Notes: a model not told the origin generated them from the letters alone. A DNA stretch of 64,000 nt from Malacoraja senta (GCA_038087875.1 CM075991.1:992001-1056000); one strand, 5' to 3'. Numbered from the stretch's first letter, positions 1 to 13,990 are shown. A program made the numbers and translations.

Positions 1-1188
1 GAAGGTTGGTTAAGAAGATTCAATTGTTGGGTATTAATGGTGGAGTAGCAAGATGGATTCAACAGTGGCTGAATGGGAGATGCCAGAGAGTAATGGTGGA
101 TGGCTGTTTGTCAGGTTGGAGGCTGGTGACTAGTGGGGTGCCTCAGGGGTCTGTGTTGGGTCCACTGTTGTTTGTCATGTACATCAATGATCTGGATGAT
201 GGTGTGGAAAATTGGATTAGTAAGTATGCAGATGATACTAAGATAGGTGGTGTTGTGGATAATGAAGTAGATTTTCAAAGTCTACAGAGAGATTTAGGCC
301 ATTTGGAAGAGTGGGCTGAAAGATGGCAGATGGAGTTTAATGCTGACAAATGTGAGGTGCTACATCTCGGCAGGACAAATCAAAATAGGACGTACACGGT
401 AAATGGTAGCGAATTGAGGAATGCAGTTGAACAGAGGGATCTAGGAATAACTGTGCATAGTTCCCTGAAGGTGGAATCTCATGTAGATAGGGTGGTAAAG
501 AAAGCTTTTGGTGTGCTGGCCTTTATAAATCAGAGCATTGAATATAGAAGTTGGGATGTAATGTTAAAATTGTACAAGGCATTGGTGAGGCCAATTCTGG
601 AGTATGGAGTACAATTTTGGTCGCCTAATTATAGGAAGGATGTCAACAAAATAGAGAGAGTACAGAGGAGATTTACTAGAATGTTGCCTGGGTTTCAGCA
701 ACTAAGTTACAGAGAAAGGTTGAACAAGTTAGGTCTTTATTCTTTGGAGCGCAGAAGGTTAAGAGGGGACTTGATAGAGGTCTTTAAAATTATGAGCGGG
801 TTAGACAGAGTGGACGTGGATAAGCTTTTCCCATTGAGAGTAGGGAAGATTCAAACAAGGGGACATGACTTGAGAATTAAGGGACAGAAGTTTAGGGGGA
901 ACATTAGGGGGAACTTCTTTACTCAGAGAGTGGTAGCTGTGTGGAATGAGCTTCCAGTGGAAGTGGTGGAGGCAGGTTCGATGTTATCCTTTAAAAATAG
1001 ATTGGATGGGTATATGGACGGGAAAGGAATGGAGGGTTATGGTCTGAGTGCAGGTAGATGGGACTAGGGGGAAGTATTTTATTTTTAATTTAAAAAATAA
1101 AAAATAAAAATTAAATGTTCGGCACGGACTTGAAGGGCCGAGATGGCCTGTTTCCGTGCTGTTATGGTTATATGGTTATATGGTTATG
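1..1188 (+). mobile_element. Young CR1-clade LINE, 3' part of ORF2 (RT) plus 3' tail
   Basis: Uninterrupted ORF 6-1067 with [11 protein letters not shown] and YADD motifs; ends gggccgagatggcctgtttccgtgctg plus (TATGGTTA)n. Confidence 0.95.
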
Positions 1189-1665
1189 TTGACTATCCCT
1201 GATAGCTTTTGTCTATACAAATGTATATATATATATCTTATCCCTCAGAATCTCTCCAGTAACTTACCTACCACAGATATTGGGCTCACTGATCTATAGT
1301 TCACAGCTTTTTTCCTCTCAACCTTTCTTACATAGAGGCACAACATTAACCACCTTGCAGTCTTCCGGCAGCTCATTCATGTCAAATGATGATTCATTTA
1401 TCTCAGCCAGGGCTCCTGCAATTTCTTCTCTAGCTTCCCACAGTGTCCTCCAATATATTTGATCAGGTTTGGGAGATTTATGGGAAAGTGGCTTCATGTG
1501 CCATAGGATGTGCAGCATCTCCTTGACTGCAACATGGACTGTCCTCAAGACATCTACACTAACTGTCCCAAGTTTCTCAATCTTCATGTCTTTCTCCAAG
1601 GTAAAAACAGAGGGGAAATACTCATTGATGATCTTGCTCATCTTGCTCATCCAGCTCCTCACATA
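1189..1665 (-). mobile_element. Degenerate CR1 ORF2 fragment
   Basis: Minus ORF 1318-1662 contains KSPKPDQIY...EIAGAL...VVPLCKKG. Confidence 0.85.
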
Positions 1666-1689
1666 GATGATCGCCTTGGTTCATCTATG

Positions 1690-3130
1690 GTTGGTTCATC
1701 TCACATCATCTCACTACCGCTCTGTCCCTCAACCACATTCCGGGTATTCTGGTCACCTAGCTGTGCCTCCACTCCCTGCCTACAAACAAGAATTCAAGCA
1801 GGAGGTTCCGGTGCAGAGAGTTGTGAAATGCTGGTCAACGGACGCGGATGACATCTTACGCAACTGCTTTGAGTTAGTGGACTGGTCCATATTCAGGGAT
1901 TCCACAGCTAACCTGAATGAGTACGCCACTGCCATGACTGACTTTATCAGCAAGTGTGTGGAAGACTGCGTGTCGACAAAGTCAATCATGGATGATGATG
2001 GAAACCTTGGATGAACCGCGAGGTACATTCACAGGTTAAGGCCAGGTCAAACAATCCGGAGCGGTACATGAAGCCCGCAATGATCTCTGATTGCCATCAA
2101 GGATGCCAAGTGGTAATACCGGTCAAACTTGAGTCCCAGTGTAATCACTTGGTCACACAGAGAATGTGGCAAGGTCTGAATAATATAACTGGCTGCAAAG
2201 CAAGGTCAGGCAATATCATTGGTGATAGTGTGACCCTACCCGATGAACTGAATGCTTTCTATGCTCGCTTTGAGCAGGCCAACAGAGCGGAGACACTTGG
2301 CCCCACAGACTCAAGTGTGCCTCTACCTAGGGTGAGTGTTGCAGAGGTTAGATCGGCCTTCCTGAAGGTAAACGCACAAAAAGCAACTGACCTAGACAGA
2401 GTTCCTGGCCGTGTCTTTAGTAGCTGTGCGGACCAGCTAGCGGGATTATTCGTGGACATTTAATCTCTCCCTATTCCGTTCTGAGGTACCCACCCGCTAT
2501 AAAAAGACCACAAGCAACGACCGAGAAAGCACACCAATGCCTCTACTTCCTTTGAGGCTTAGGAAGCTCAGCATGTCCCCTACAACTCTCACCAACTTCT
2601 ACAGATGCACCATGTGATGCAGCATGTTAACAGGATGCATCACAGGTTGGTTTGGGGACAGCTCCATCCAAGACCACAAAGAATTGCAGGGAATTGTGGA
2701 AGCAGCCCAGACCATCACACAAACCAATTGAATCGATTTATATCTCATGATGCCTCGACAAGGCCAGCAGCATAATCAAGGACGAGTCGCACCCTGGCCA
2801 CTCCCTCTTCTCCCCTTTCCCATCAGGCACAAAGTATAGAAGTGTGAAAACACACTCCTCCAGTTTCTTCTCAGCTGTTATCAGGCAACTGAATCGTCCT
2901 ACCACAACCAGAGAGCAGTCCTGAACTACTATCTACCTCATTGGTGACCCTCGGAATATCTTTGATCGGACTTTGCTGGCTATACCCATCACTATACGTT
3001 ATTCCAAAATCATATATCTATGCACTGTACATGGCTCGATTGTAATCATGTATTGTCTTTCTGCTGACTGGATAGCACGCAACAAAAGCTTTTCACTGTA
3101 CCTCGGACACGTGACAATAAACTAAACTGA
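1690..3130 (+). mobile_element. Rex1/Babar-like LINE remnant with internal deletion
   Basis: Peptides FISKCVEDCV and LPDELNAFYARFE, then a C-terminal TNFYRCT-type segment; tail cactgtacctcggacacgtgacaataaactaaact. Confidence 0.8.
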
Positions 3131-5600
3131 TATTGGTTTCTGAGGGGCCCTGCTCTCTCTCTAACTACTCTCTTTCCCAAAATGTGCGTAAATCTTTGAC
3201 TCTCCTTAAACTTATCTGCTAGAGCTATCTCTTGCGCCCTTTTTGCCCTCCTGGTTTCCTTCTTAAGTAAAGTCCTCAGTCCCCTAAACTCCTCTGGGGA
3301 TACACTTGACCCCAGCTGCTGATACCTGCCCATGCCTCCTTTTTATTCCTGACCAGAGCCTCAATTTCTCTCCTCACCGGCTTCTTTACGCCCACCTGCC
3401 AAGCCTTCACGTTAACAGGACTATGCTTTGAACTCTCACCATCACATCTTTAAAAGCACCCCACATTCCGGACGCCTCTTTGCCCACAAACCTACTTCCG
3501 TCCGTCCGTCCTTCCGTCTGTCTGTCTGTCTCTAAAACTCTGATCTTGTGCTCTTCCGGTTTGCGGGGTTTTTCTATTTGCGCAAAAATGGTGGGTGATA
3601 GTGCTACGATTTTTTGCCAGGTTACTCACCGCCCTGTGCTGTGAGTGCAACACGTTTTGTTCCGATCGGTGGTATATTGTAAAGGTTATCGAGGTTTAAA
3701 AATCTTTAAAACCGCGCGTGCGCAGAATCCTTCAGTCAGCGCCACGCAGATTGGTCTCTTCACCTGTCAGTCAATGCTGGGATGGCAACGCCCCTTCCTG
3801 CCCCACCAGCGGTGGCCTGTCCCGCCTCACTCACAAACTCCTCTCTCCCCTCCTCAGAGTAACTTGTCTATCGACTCCCCCACCAACGGCGGCGGCCGCA
3901 AGGGGGGGGATTCAGTGGAGGTTCAGTGGAGGCCTTGGCCCATCTCTCTCTCCCTCATCACTCACCCCTCTCCCCCCGCCCGCCCTCTGCAATGGCGGTC
4001 CCATCTATCCGTCCCCCGGGTCCGTCTCCTCTGCCGCCGCCGTTGCGGTAACTCACCCTCACGGCCTTCTCGGAGGAGATCTTCTCCACCAACTCATCGA
4101 AACCCGTGGAACAACGACTCCATCCCCCCAAACCCTGCAGCCTGGCTGCAGCAGCGAGCTGACAGGCAGGTTGGCGGTGGGCAGGACGGGGACGGGCCGA
4201 GCGGCAGCAGTGGGCGGGCGGGCAGAAGCGGGCTGAGCACCGAGCAGCAGCAGCGGGCGGTCGGACAGGACAGGGACGGGCTGAGCGGCGGCTGAGCTGG
4301 AATGGGTAGAGGGATGGCGGAGTCGGGTTGCAGTGTTGCCGAGCAGTCTGCTCGGAGTTTGAGTAACTCACACACACACACACGATGCAAACTGGTCCAA
4401 TCGTCAAGTCAACGGGATCTAAATCACAGCTAACAACGAATGGCCTGTGGAGGAAGGAAATGCAGATGCTGCTTTTTATGGAGGGAGGGGGTGACTGAGG
4501 TTTGGGGAAAGGAGAGGGATGGAGAGGTGAGGGAGGGATTGGGGGAGGGGAGGAGGAGAGGGGAAAAATCCTGGGAAGTTGAGGAGGGAGAGTGGGGGGG
4601 ATTGAGGGAAAGGAAGGGGTAGGGAGGGAGAGGGGGAAAGTAAGGGAGGTGAGGAGAGTGGGGGAGGAGGGGGAATAGAAAAAGAGGAGGGCAGTGGGGG
4701 GTGTCAGCAAGGATAGTGGTGGGGGGGTATAGGTGGAGGTGAGGAGTGGGGGATAGAGGGATAGGAGGAGGGTAGGGAAGGGAGAGGAATTATGGAGGGA
4801 GGGAGGGAGGGAGTGACTGAGGGTAGGGGAAAGGAGAGGGAGAGAGAGGTGAGGGAGGGATTGGGGGAGGGGAGGAGGAGAGGGGAAAGGAGAGGGAGGG
4901 TGAAGAGGAGGGGGATGGAGTGCTGGGGGATGAGGGAAATGAGCCGTGCCTGCACAGTTGGGGGCTATGCGTGAGTGGAGCAATATTGCATAGGGAACGG
5001 GTTGCATTGGGGACCAGGCCTCCTGTGTGACAGGGACCCAATGGATCCCACTTAATCTAGTACTATTTTAGAGCTAATAGAACTGTGGTCGCTGGGGGGA
5101 AAAAAGGCTCACCCATTGACACTTCAGTCACTAGCCCTTCTGAAAGTGTCGCTTTGTAGTTCCTTGTAGGGCCCTCTACATGTTGGATAAGGAAACTTTC
5201 CAGAACACATTTAACAAATTCCACTCTGTCAAAGCCCTTGATGCTATGGCAGTCCCAGTGTTCATTGGGGAAGTTAAAATGCCCTATTACGACAACCCGA
5301 TTAGTCTTGGAGCCGTTGAATATTTGGAGCCGAGAGTACATTCCAAACAAGGTGAACATCCCCTTTTTATTTCTCTGCTCATACAGCTTTACTGGATGAA
5401 CCATCAGTAATGTCATCTCATACGATTGCTGTAACCTTTTCCGTAATCAGTAAAACCCCTCCTCTATCTCTCATGCAGCACCTGTAACCAGGAATGTAAA
5501 ACTGCCAGCCATGTACCTGCCTCAGCCATCTTTCCACAACGGTTATAATGTCCTCGTCGCACGTACCTATCCTTGCCCTGAATTCATTCGCCGTGCCCAT
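3131..5600 (-). mobile_element. Old CR1 fragment (endonuclease/linker) split by a Helitron at 3493-5060
   Basis: CR1-like peptides on both sides (ORFs 3046-3333, 5063-5416, 5418-5600). Confidence 0.75.
3493..5060 (+). mobile_element. Non-autonomous Helitron copy A (5' end damaged)
   Basis: 3' hairpin gggacccaatggatccc (5033-5049) followed by CTAG|T. The 5' region ctaaaactctgatcttg...tttgcgcaaaa is shared with copy E. (GTCC/GTCT)n microsatellite near the 5' end. Confidence 0.8.
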
Positions 5601-5924
5601 TTCTTAATCCATCAGCCATCAAATAGAGATCTGAAGGAACTTTAGATCTCGTACCCTATCTGAGAAGGTGCCTGAAGGAAATCATTTATCTGAGGTGGAA
5701 TAAATGCTTCCCGATTCACATTAAAATTTTCCATCATTATGTAGCCTGTCAAATGAAATTCGTCACTGTAATAACTGGATCAAAGCAAAAGCTTTTGATG
5801 AAAGATCATCAGTTGAATGTTAACTCTGTTTCTCTTTCCATAGACACTGCCTGTTTTATTCCAGAATTCTGTCCTACGCCTTTTTGTGTAGGTGTTTAGC
5901 TCCATCATTTAGGCTAAATCCTAC

Positions 5925-6180
5925 ATTCATAGAACATAGCACAGTACAGCACAGAAACGGGCCCTTTGGCCCACAATGTTTGTACTGAACATAATACCAA
6001 ATTGAAATGATCTTATCTCTGTGGCAGTCCCAGTGTCCCTCTATTCCCTGCATATCCATGTGCCTATCTGAAAGGCCCTTAAACACCACTATCGTATCTG
6101 CCTCCACCACCAACCCTGGCAATGCGTTCCAGGCCCCCACTACTATCTGTGTAAAAAAACTTGCCCCACATATCTTCATT
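5925..6180 (-). mobile_element. CR1 3' end fragment
   Basis: Peptide FFTQIVVGAWNALP plus a CR1-type tail. Confidence 0.8.
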
Positions 6181-6622
6181 AAATGTTATCATGAATAATC
6201 GACAATTGTTCTGATTATTATCCATTTTTAAAACTTTTTTTTAAAACCCCCTTTCATACCTTGTGATACATCACTGGCTTGGCACTTTTCTAGTTTTTCA
6301 CACGTGGACATTTTATGCAGTTTTCTATGTTGGATATTAGTGCTAATGATACATCTTTGTGTGAGGTTGAGTCTCCCCTTTTACAGCTGACAAAAGAACA
6401 TTGGCCCACAATGATGCCACCCACCCACCCCTCCCCCCCCCCCCACCCCCCACCCTCACACCACCCCGCCAATTATTGGCTTCCTCATTTACGAGTTTTC
6501 AGAAACAGAGAAGCAGACATGCTCCAGGTAACAAAACCTACCTTTGCCAAAGAGCTATTTAAAATAATTATTCTAAATTCAGAGAAACAATTTTTACTGG
6601 CGTTTCACAGTGTGATAATGTA

Positions 6623-8371
6623 CAGTGCCCTCCATAATGCTTGGACAAAGACCCGTCATTTATTTGTACTCCACGTTTTGAGATTTGTAATATAAAAAAC
6701 TTACGTGGTTAAAGTGCACATTGTCAGATTTTATTAAAGGGTATTTTTTATATATTTTGGTTTCACCATGTAGAAGTTACAGCTGTGTTTATACCTCATC
6801 CCCCCCAGCTCAGGACACAATAATGTTTGCGACACATGGCTTCACAGGTGTTTGTAATTGCTCAGGTGTTTTTAATTCCCTCCTTAATGCAGGTATAAGA
6901 GAGATTATCAACAGGACCAAAGTTGTGCCAATGAAAGTCAAATAGACAATAGACAATAGACGCAGGAGTAGGCCATTCGGCCCTTCGAGCCAGCACCGCC
7001 ATTCAATGTGATCATGGCTGATCATCCCCAATCAGTAACCCGATCCTGCCTTCTCCCCATATCCCCTGACCCCACTATCTTTAAGAGCCCTATCTAGCTT
7101 TCTCTTGAAAGTATCCAGAGAACCCGCCTCCACTGAATGAAGCAGAGAATTCCACTAACTCACAACTCTCTCTGAGAAAAAGTGTTTCCTCGTCTCCGTT
7201 CTAAATGGCTTACCCCTTATTCTTAAACTATGGCCCCTGGTTCTGGACTCCCCCAACATCGGGAACATGTTTCCTGCCTCTAGCGTGTCCAAACCCTTAA
7301 CAATCTTATATGTTTCAATAAGATGCCCTCTCATCCTTCTAAACTGCAGAGTGTACAAGCCCAGCCGCTCCATTCTCTCAGCATATGACAGTCCCGCCAT
7401 CCCGGGAATTAACCTTGTAAACCCTACGCTGCACTCAATAGTAAGAATGTCCTTCCTCATATTAGGGGACAAAAACTGCGCACAATACTCCAGGTGTGGT
7501 CTCACTAGGGCCTTGTCCAACTGCAGAAGGACCTCTTTGCTCCTATACTTGACTCTTCTTGTTATAAAGGCCAACATGCCATTCGCTTTCTTCACTGCCT
7601 GCTGTACGTGCATGCTTACTTAAATAAGGCCATTATGAGACTGAGAAACGAGAATAAACCTGTTAGAGACATCAGCCAAACCTTAGACTTACTAAAATCA
7701 ACTGTTTGGAACATCATTAAGAAGAAAGAGAGCACTGGTGAGCTTACTAATCACAAAGAGACTGGCAGGCCAAGGAAGACCTCCACAGCTGATGACAGAA
7801 GAATTCTCTCTATAATAAAGAAAAATCCACAAACACCTGTCCGACAGATCAGAAACACTCTTCAGGAGTCAGGTGTGGATTTGTCAATGACCACTGTCTG
7901 CAGAAGACTTCATGAACAGAAGTACTGCAAGATGCAAACCATTGGTTAGCCCCAAAAATAGGATGGCCAGGTTACAGTTTGCCAAGAACTACTTAAAAGA
8001 GCAACCACAGTTCTGGAGAAAGGTCTCGTGGACAGATGAGATGAAGATTAACTTATATCAGAGCAAAGTATGGAGGAGAGAAGGTACTGCCCAAGGATAT
8101 GCAACAAAATACTAAACATGACTACTTTCATTTACATGGCATTGCTGTGTCCCAACATTATGGTGCCATGAAATGGGGGGGACTATGTATAAACACTGCC
8201 TATAATTTCTACATGGCGAAACCAAAATGTATAAAAATGGCCTTTATTAAAATCTGACAATGTGCACTTTAACCACACGTTTTTTTTTCTATTGCCAAAT
8301 CTCAAATTGTGGAGTACAGAGGCAAATAAATAAATGATCGGTCTTTGTCCCAAACATTATGGAGGGCACTG
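6623..8371 (+). mobile_element. Tc1-family DNA transposon, internally deleted, interrupted by a CR1
   Basis: TA|CAGTGCCCTCCATAATG ... CATTATGGAGGGCACTG|TA with roughly 200-bp inverted ends. Transposase remnant has the paired-like HTH, GRPRKT and WTDE, but stops before the rest of DD34E. Confidence 0.93.
6942..7620 (-). mobile_element. CR1 3' fragment nested in the Tc1 transposase
   Basis: ORF 7155-7613 ([19 protein letters not shown]) and a (TCTATTG)n tail; the Tc1 peptide resumes on the far side (PMKVK | AIMRLRN). Confidence 0.9.
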
Positions 8372-8889
8372 TAATATACATTTGAGAGGTTTGGCACGAA
8401 ACACTGATGACCTGGCTGAATTCTTTGAATATTATTCTCAACATTTTTCCCTGATGCATGCCTATCATTTTCCTTGATACATTTTCCCTGATCCATGCAC
8501 ATTTCTTGTTTGATTCAGAAAGTGGTTCATCAATTGGACTTTCATTTAATCATTGATAATCCAACGGTTATCTTTAAAGAAAATCCAAGTAACAAAGTCA
8601 TTGAACTCAACCTATGACTGAGAAAAGTTGCTTCAAGCTCTGAAGTATTTGCATAAAGCTCTTAATGTGCACTTAGATCACTGTTAGAGATTGAGATAAG
8701 AGAAGGGTTCATCCTGGACATGGATATGTTACTGAGGTCACTTTTGGAAAGCTAAACAAAGATGCATGAGCAGTCATGATCCGACCTACTCGTTGATTGA
8801 AGGGCATCCACTCAACATGCACATAATGCAAACATGGACAGGCTATAAAGCTGTGCGACGGACATAAATGGCCTGAAGGGATGTAGACA

Positions 8890-9089
8890 NNNNNNNNNNN
8901 NNNNNNNNNNNNNNNNNNNNNNNNNNNNNNNNNNNNNNNNNNNNNNNNNNNNNNNNNNNNNNNNNNNNNNNNNNNNNNNNNNNNNNNNNNNNNNNNNNNN
9001 NNNNNNNNNNNNNNNNNNNNNNNNNNNNNNNNNNNNNNNNNNNNNNNNNNNNNNNNNNNNNNNNNNNNNNNNNNNNNNNNNNNNNNNNN
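8890..9089. other. Assembly gap (200 N)
   Basis: Run of N. Confidence 1.
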
Positions 9090-9339
9090 GATGTAGACAA
9101 ATTAAGTGAGTGGGCAAGAAGTTGGAAGATTGAGTATGATGAGGAAAAATGGAGAAATGTGAAAGACTGAAATGTACATTTTTCTTTACATCAAGTGAGA
9201 CAATAAAATGTTACAGTGGAACAGAATCTAGGGTTTCCACGTAGGTGGGTGACCAGCAGAAAATGGAGTAGGAAAAGTCAGGAATCTTCTGTGGCCATTT
9301 CCCTGCAAAACAGGGAAAAAAACACTTTGGATACTGTTG

Positions 9340-12255
9340 AGGGGTAGACCATTCAGGGGAGAGCAGCAGTAGCCAGGTCTGTGACTCGATAGTTTGTGGG
9401 ACAGACGGGAGATTCTGTGGCAGCAAACAGAACTCCAGGATGGTCTGTTGCCTCTCTGGTGCCAGGGACCCAGACGTCTTGGAGTGGCTGCAGAACATTT
9501 GACATGGGGTAGGGTGAGCGGCCAGAATTTGTTGTGCATAACATAGGGAGTTGGGCAAATGGTTAAAATGCAGGACTTCCAGGCTCTGGATTAATATCTG
9601 TGCCACGTGCTAGTGAGGGTAGCAATAAGAGGAGAGGACAGATGAATGTGTGGCTGTGCAGGGGACAGGTTCAAATGTTTGGACCACTGGGGTCTCTTGT
9701 GGGGCAGTGGTGACCTGTACAAGAGGTATGATTTGCACCTGAACTGGTGGGGCCCCAACATCCTTGCAGGGAGGTTAGCTGCTGTGACTCGGGAGCGTTA
9801 AAATGAAAATGGCAGGGGGTGGAAACCAGAGCAGCAATTCAGCAAATAGGGGGTGGGTTCAACAAACTGGAAATAGGTGGATGAAGTTAAAGGGAAGGAA
9901 AGATTATGAAGTGATAAGAGTCTAAGGTCAGGCAAAATGGGGGCCAATTTGAGAAGCGGGGTGTGAATAATTAACTAAAGGTGTTGTATTTGAGTGCACG
10001 CACTATATGAAGATAGTAGATGAGCTTACAGCACAGTTAGAAACTGGTAGGTACAACGTTGTTGGCATTATGAAGACGGGGCTGAAAGAGGATCAGAGCT
10101 GGGAGCTGAACATCCAAGGATGCATATCCTATCGAAATGACAGGCAGGTGGGCAGAGGGGGTGGAGTGGCTCTGCCGATAAGGAATGAAATTCCATCCTT
10201 AGCAAGGGATGACATACCGATCAGAAGATGTATAAACACAGTGGGTAGAGCCAAGAAACTGCAAGGTTAAAAAGACCCTGATGGAAATTATATGCAGACC
10301 TCCAAACAGTAGCCAGGAAGTAGGGTATAAATTACATCAGGAAGGCAATGTTATAGTGGTCATGGGGGATTTCAATATACTGTGGACTGGTAAAACAGGT
10401 TGATACTGGATCCCAAGAGAAGGAATTTGTGGAGTGACTGCGAGATGGCTTCTTAGAGCAACTAGGGGAGCCTGCTAAGGAAAAGGCAATTCTAGATTTG
10501 ATGTTGTGTAACAAACCGGATTTGATTAGGGGGCTTAAGATAAAGGAACCCCGAGGAGGTAGTGACATAAAATGATGAAATTCAACCTGCGGTTTGAGAG
10601 GGAGAAGATGAAATCGGATGTGTCGGTTTACTGTTGAGTAAAGGAGACTACAGAGGCATGAGGGAGCTGGCTAAAGTTGATTGCAAAAAGGGACTCTAGC
10701 AGGAATGACGGTAGAGCAGCAATAGCAGGAATTTCTGGGAGCAATTCTGAAGACACAGGATCTTTTCATTCCAAAGAGGGAGAAAGATTCTAAAGCATCC
10801 GTGTCTGACAAAGGAAGTCAAAGACAGCAGAAAAGTAAAAGGGAAAGAGTACAATATTGCAAAGATTAGTGGGAAGATAGAGGATTGGAAAACTTTTAAA
10901 AACTAACAGAGGGTGATAGTGGAAGATTGCTTCTCGGACTGGAGGCCTGTGACTAGTAGTGTGCCACAGTGTTTGGTGCTGGGCCCGTTACTGTTTGTCA
11001 TCTACATCAATGATTTGGATAAGAACATACAGGGCAAGATTAGCAAGTTTGCTGATGATACAAAAGTTAGTGGTTTGCAGATAGTGAAGGTGGTTGTGAA
11101 CGATTGCAGCAGGATCTGGATCGATTGGCCAGGTGGGCGGAGGAATGGTTGATGGAATTTAATACAGAGAAGTGTGAGATGTTGCACTTTGGGACGTCGA
11201 ACAAGGGCAGGACTTACACAATGAATGGTAGGCCTCCGGGTAGTGTTGTAGACGAGAGGGATCTAGGAGTACAAGTGCATGGTTCCTTACAGGTCGAGTC
11301 ACAGATAGATAAGGTGGTCAAAAAGGCTTTTGGCACTTTGGTCTTCATCAGTCAGAGTATTGAGTATAAAAGTTGGGAGGTTGCAGTTGTACAAGACGTT
11401 GGTCAGACCGCATTTAGAATGTTGTGTTCAGTTCTGGGCACCATGTTATAGGAAAGATGTTGTCAAGCTTGTAAGGATTCAGAAAAGATTTACGAAGATG
11501 TTGCCAAAATCATGAGAGGAATAGATCGGGTAGATACACAGAGTCCTTTACCCAGAGTAGGGGAATCGAGGACCAGAGGACAAAGGATCAAGGTGAAGGG
11601 GAAAAGAATTAATAGGAATCCGAGGAGTAGGGGAAAAGATTTAATAGGAATCCGAATCCGAATTGAATAGGAATCCGAGGAGTAACTTTTTCACACAGAG
11701 GGTGGTGGGTGTATGGGACAACTGCCAGAGGAGGTAGTTGAGGCTGGGACTGTCCCATCGTTTAAGAAACAGTTGGGCAGGTACACGGATAGGACAGGTT
11801 TGGAGGGTTATGGACCAAGCGCAGGCAAGTGGGACTAGTGTAGCTGGGACATTGTTGGCCGTTGTGGGCAAGTTGGGCTGAAGGGCCTGTTTCTGCCTCT
11901 AAGGCAAGTAAAAATGCAAAATGGGGAGAAGAGATAAAATATGAAGGTTAGCTAGCCAATAATATAAAGAGGATACTAAAAGTTTCTTCAGATACATAAA
12001 GAGTAAAAGAGAGGCAAGAGTGGACATTGGAACGCTGGAAAATAACGCTGGAGAAGTCGCAATGGGGAATAAAGAAATGGTAGATAAATTGAATAAGACA
12101 ACTACATCCCAGGGTTCTGAAAGACATAGCTTTAGAGATTGTGGAGGCATTAGTAGTGATCTTTCAAGAATCAATAGAGTCAGGAGTGGTTCCAGAGGAA
12201 TGGAAAAAGATACTCAACTGTTCAAGAAGGGAGCGAGAGAAAATAAGGGTGAGAG
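9340..12255 (+). mobile_element. Old CR1 (ORF1 esterase remnant plus ORF2 endonuclease) with a younger CR1 3' fragment nested at about 10911-11897
   Basis: GDSIV-like and MVCCL motifs near 9380-9470 and APE-like peptides at 10007-10570. The older element resumes after the nested copy's tail at about 11900. Confidence 0.8.
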
Positions 12256-12269
12256 GACCACCGATGCTT

Positions 12270-13990
12270 ATTTACAAAATGAGACACAAAGTGCTGGAGT
12301 AACTCAGTGGGTCAGGTAGCATCCCTGGAGAACATGATGTTTTGGGATGGGAATCTTCAGACTGATTATGGTGTGTTGTGGAGTGGCAGAGAAAGCTGGA
12401 AGAGAGGAAGGGCAGAACAAAGTCAGGTAAGTGATAGGTGGATACAGGTGATGGGGGCATTTGATAGCCAGATGGTTGGACAAAAGCCAGAGATAAAATG
12501 ACAAACGTTGTGAGAAACGATAGAAGAAATGTGAATTGTGAAGCTAGAGGAAGGAATGTGGGTGAAATGGGAGTGTGATGGGTGAAATGGGTAGGAGTTC
12601 GGGTGGGGCACAGGGAAGAGTGGTGGAATGGAAGGGGGGAGGTATGGGTGGTTGATTGACGGTCGGTTACTTAAAATTGGAGAATTTAATGGTTTTACCA
12701 TTGGCAGAATAGACTTGATGGGCCTCATTCTGGGAATGGAGGAGTCTCCGTTCAGAAAAGTCAGTATGCGAAAGAAAAGGGGGAGTTAAAGTGGTTAGCA
12801 ACCGGGAGATTCAACGGGCCTTGGCGGACCGAGCGGCTGTTGTAAAGGTGGACCCATCGGGAACACGATGCAGTAGATGAGGTTGGAGAGGATGTACGTC
12901 AACCTCTGAGTCACCTGGAATGACTGCTGAGATCACTGGATGGATGTGAGGGTGGAGGTATTGCGGCAGGTGTAACATCTCCTGCGTTTGCAGGGGAAAG
13001 TAGCTGGGGGGGGGTGGAGGGGGGGGGGGGGAGGAGGTGGGGGAGTGGTTTGGGTGGAAAGGGATGAATGAACCAAGAAGTTGCAAGGCAGCAGATTCTG
13101 CGGAAGGTGGAAAGGGGTGGAGTTGGGAAGATGTGACCAGTGGTGGGATCACTTTGATGTGGAGGGAATGTTGCAGTGATGTGTTGCATGCGGAGGCTGG
13201 TGGGGTGAAAGTTACGGACCAAGGGAAATCTATCCTTGTTGCATCGGAGGGGAGGAGGAGCGAGAGCAGAACTACGGGATACAGAGGAGACGTGAGTGAT
13301 GGACCCATCTATGATAGCAGGGTGGGGGGGGGAACCATATTTAATAAACAAACTGGGCATCACAGATGTCCCAGAAAGACTCATCTTGGGAGCTGGTGCA
13401 GCAGAGATGGGGATATTAAGAGTAGGGGATAGTGTTTTTGCAAGAGACAGGATGGGTGGAGGTGTAGTCCAGATAGCTCTGGGAGTCAGTGGATTGTAGT
13501 AGACATCAGTCAACAGTCTGTCCTCTGTGATGGAGATAGAAAGATCAAGAAAGGAGAGAGAGGTGTCAGAGGTAGTCCAAGTGAAGGCAGGGTACAAGAG
13601 GTATAGTTAATGAAATCAATGAGTCCTGCACGAGCTTGAGGGAAGGCACCCATCACACACGGGGTGGTGGGTGTATGGAACAAGTTGCTAGAGGAGGTAG
13701 TTGAGGCAGGCTCTATCGCAAATTTAAGAAACCGTTAGACAGGTAAATGGATAGGACAGGTTTGGAGAGATATGGACCAAACGCGGGCAGGCGGGACTAG
13801 TGTAGCTGGGACGTGTTGGCCGGTGTGGGCATGTTAGGCCGAAGGGCCTGTTCCTACACTGTAGCACTCTATGAGGCTCATGCGTGTGCCCTTGGATGCA
13901 CCTTTAACTTGGAGAAAGTGACAGGAGTCAAAAGAGAAGTCGTCGAGGGAGAGGAGTTTTGGTAGATGGGAACTGATTGGTTCTCTGGGG
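12270..13990 (-). mobile_element. Penelope-like element remnant (RT C-terminus, GIY-YIG region, pLTR), with a CR1 3' piece at about 13655-13875
   Basis: FTWTTSDTSLSFLDLSISI and DRFPLVRNFHP peptides; terminal gacacaaagtgctggagtaactcag motif. Confidence 0.82.

Noticed and set aside
3645..5007. Overlapping long ORFs (216, 172 and 349 aa)
   Set aside because: GC-rich and purine-rich Helitron interior; low complexity with no recognisable domain.
6260..6386. Minus-strand exon-like segment with good splice signals (ttttgtcag ... AAG|gtatg)
   Set aside because: Stops in all three frames from the acceptor, and no similarity to the expected nucleotidase exon.
11590..11690. Short tandem duplications (aataggaatccga) in a CR1 tail
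   Set aside because: Ordinary slippage within a dead repeat.
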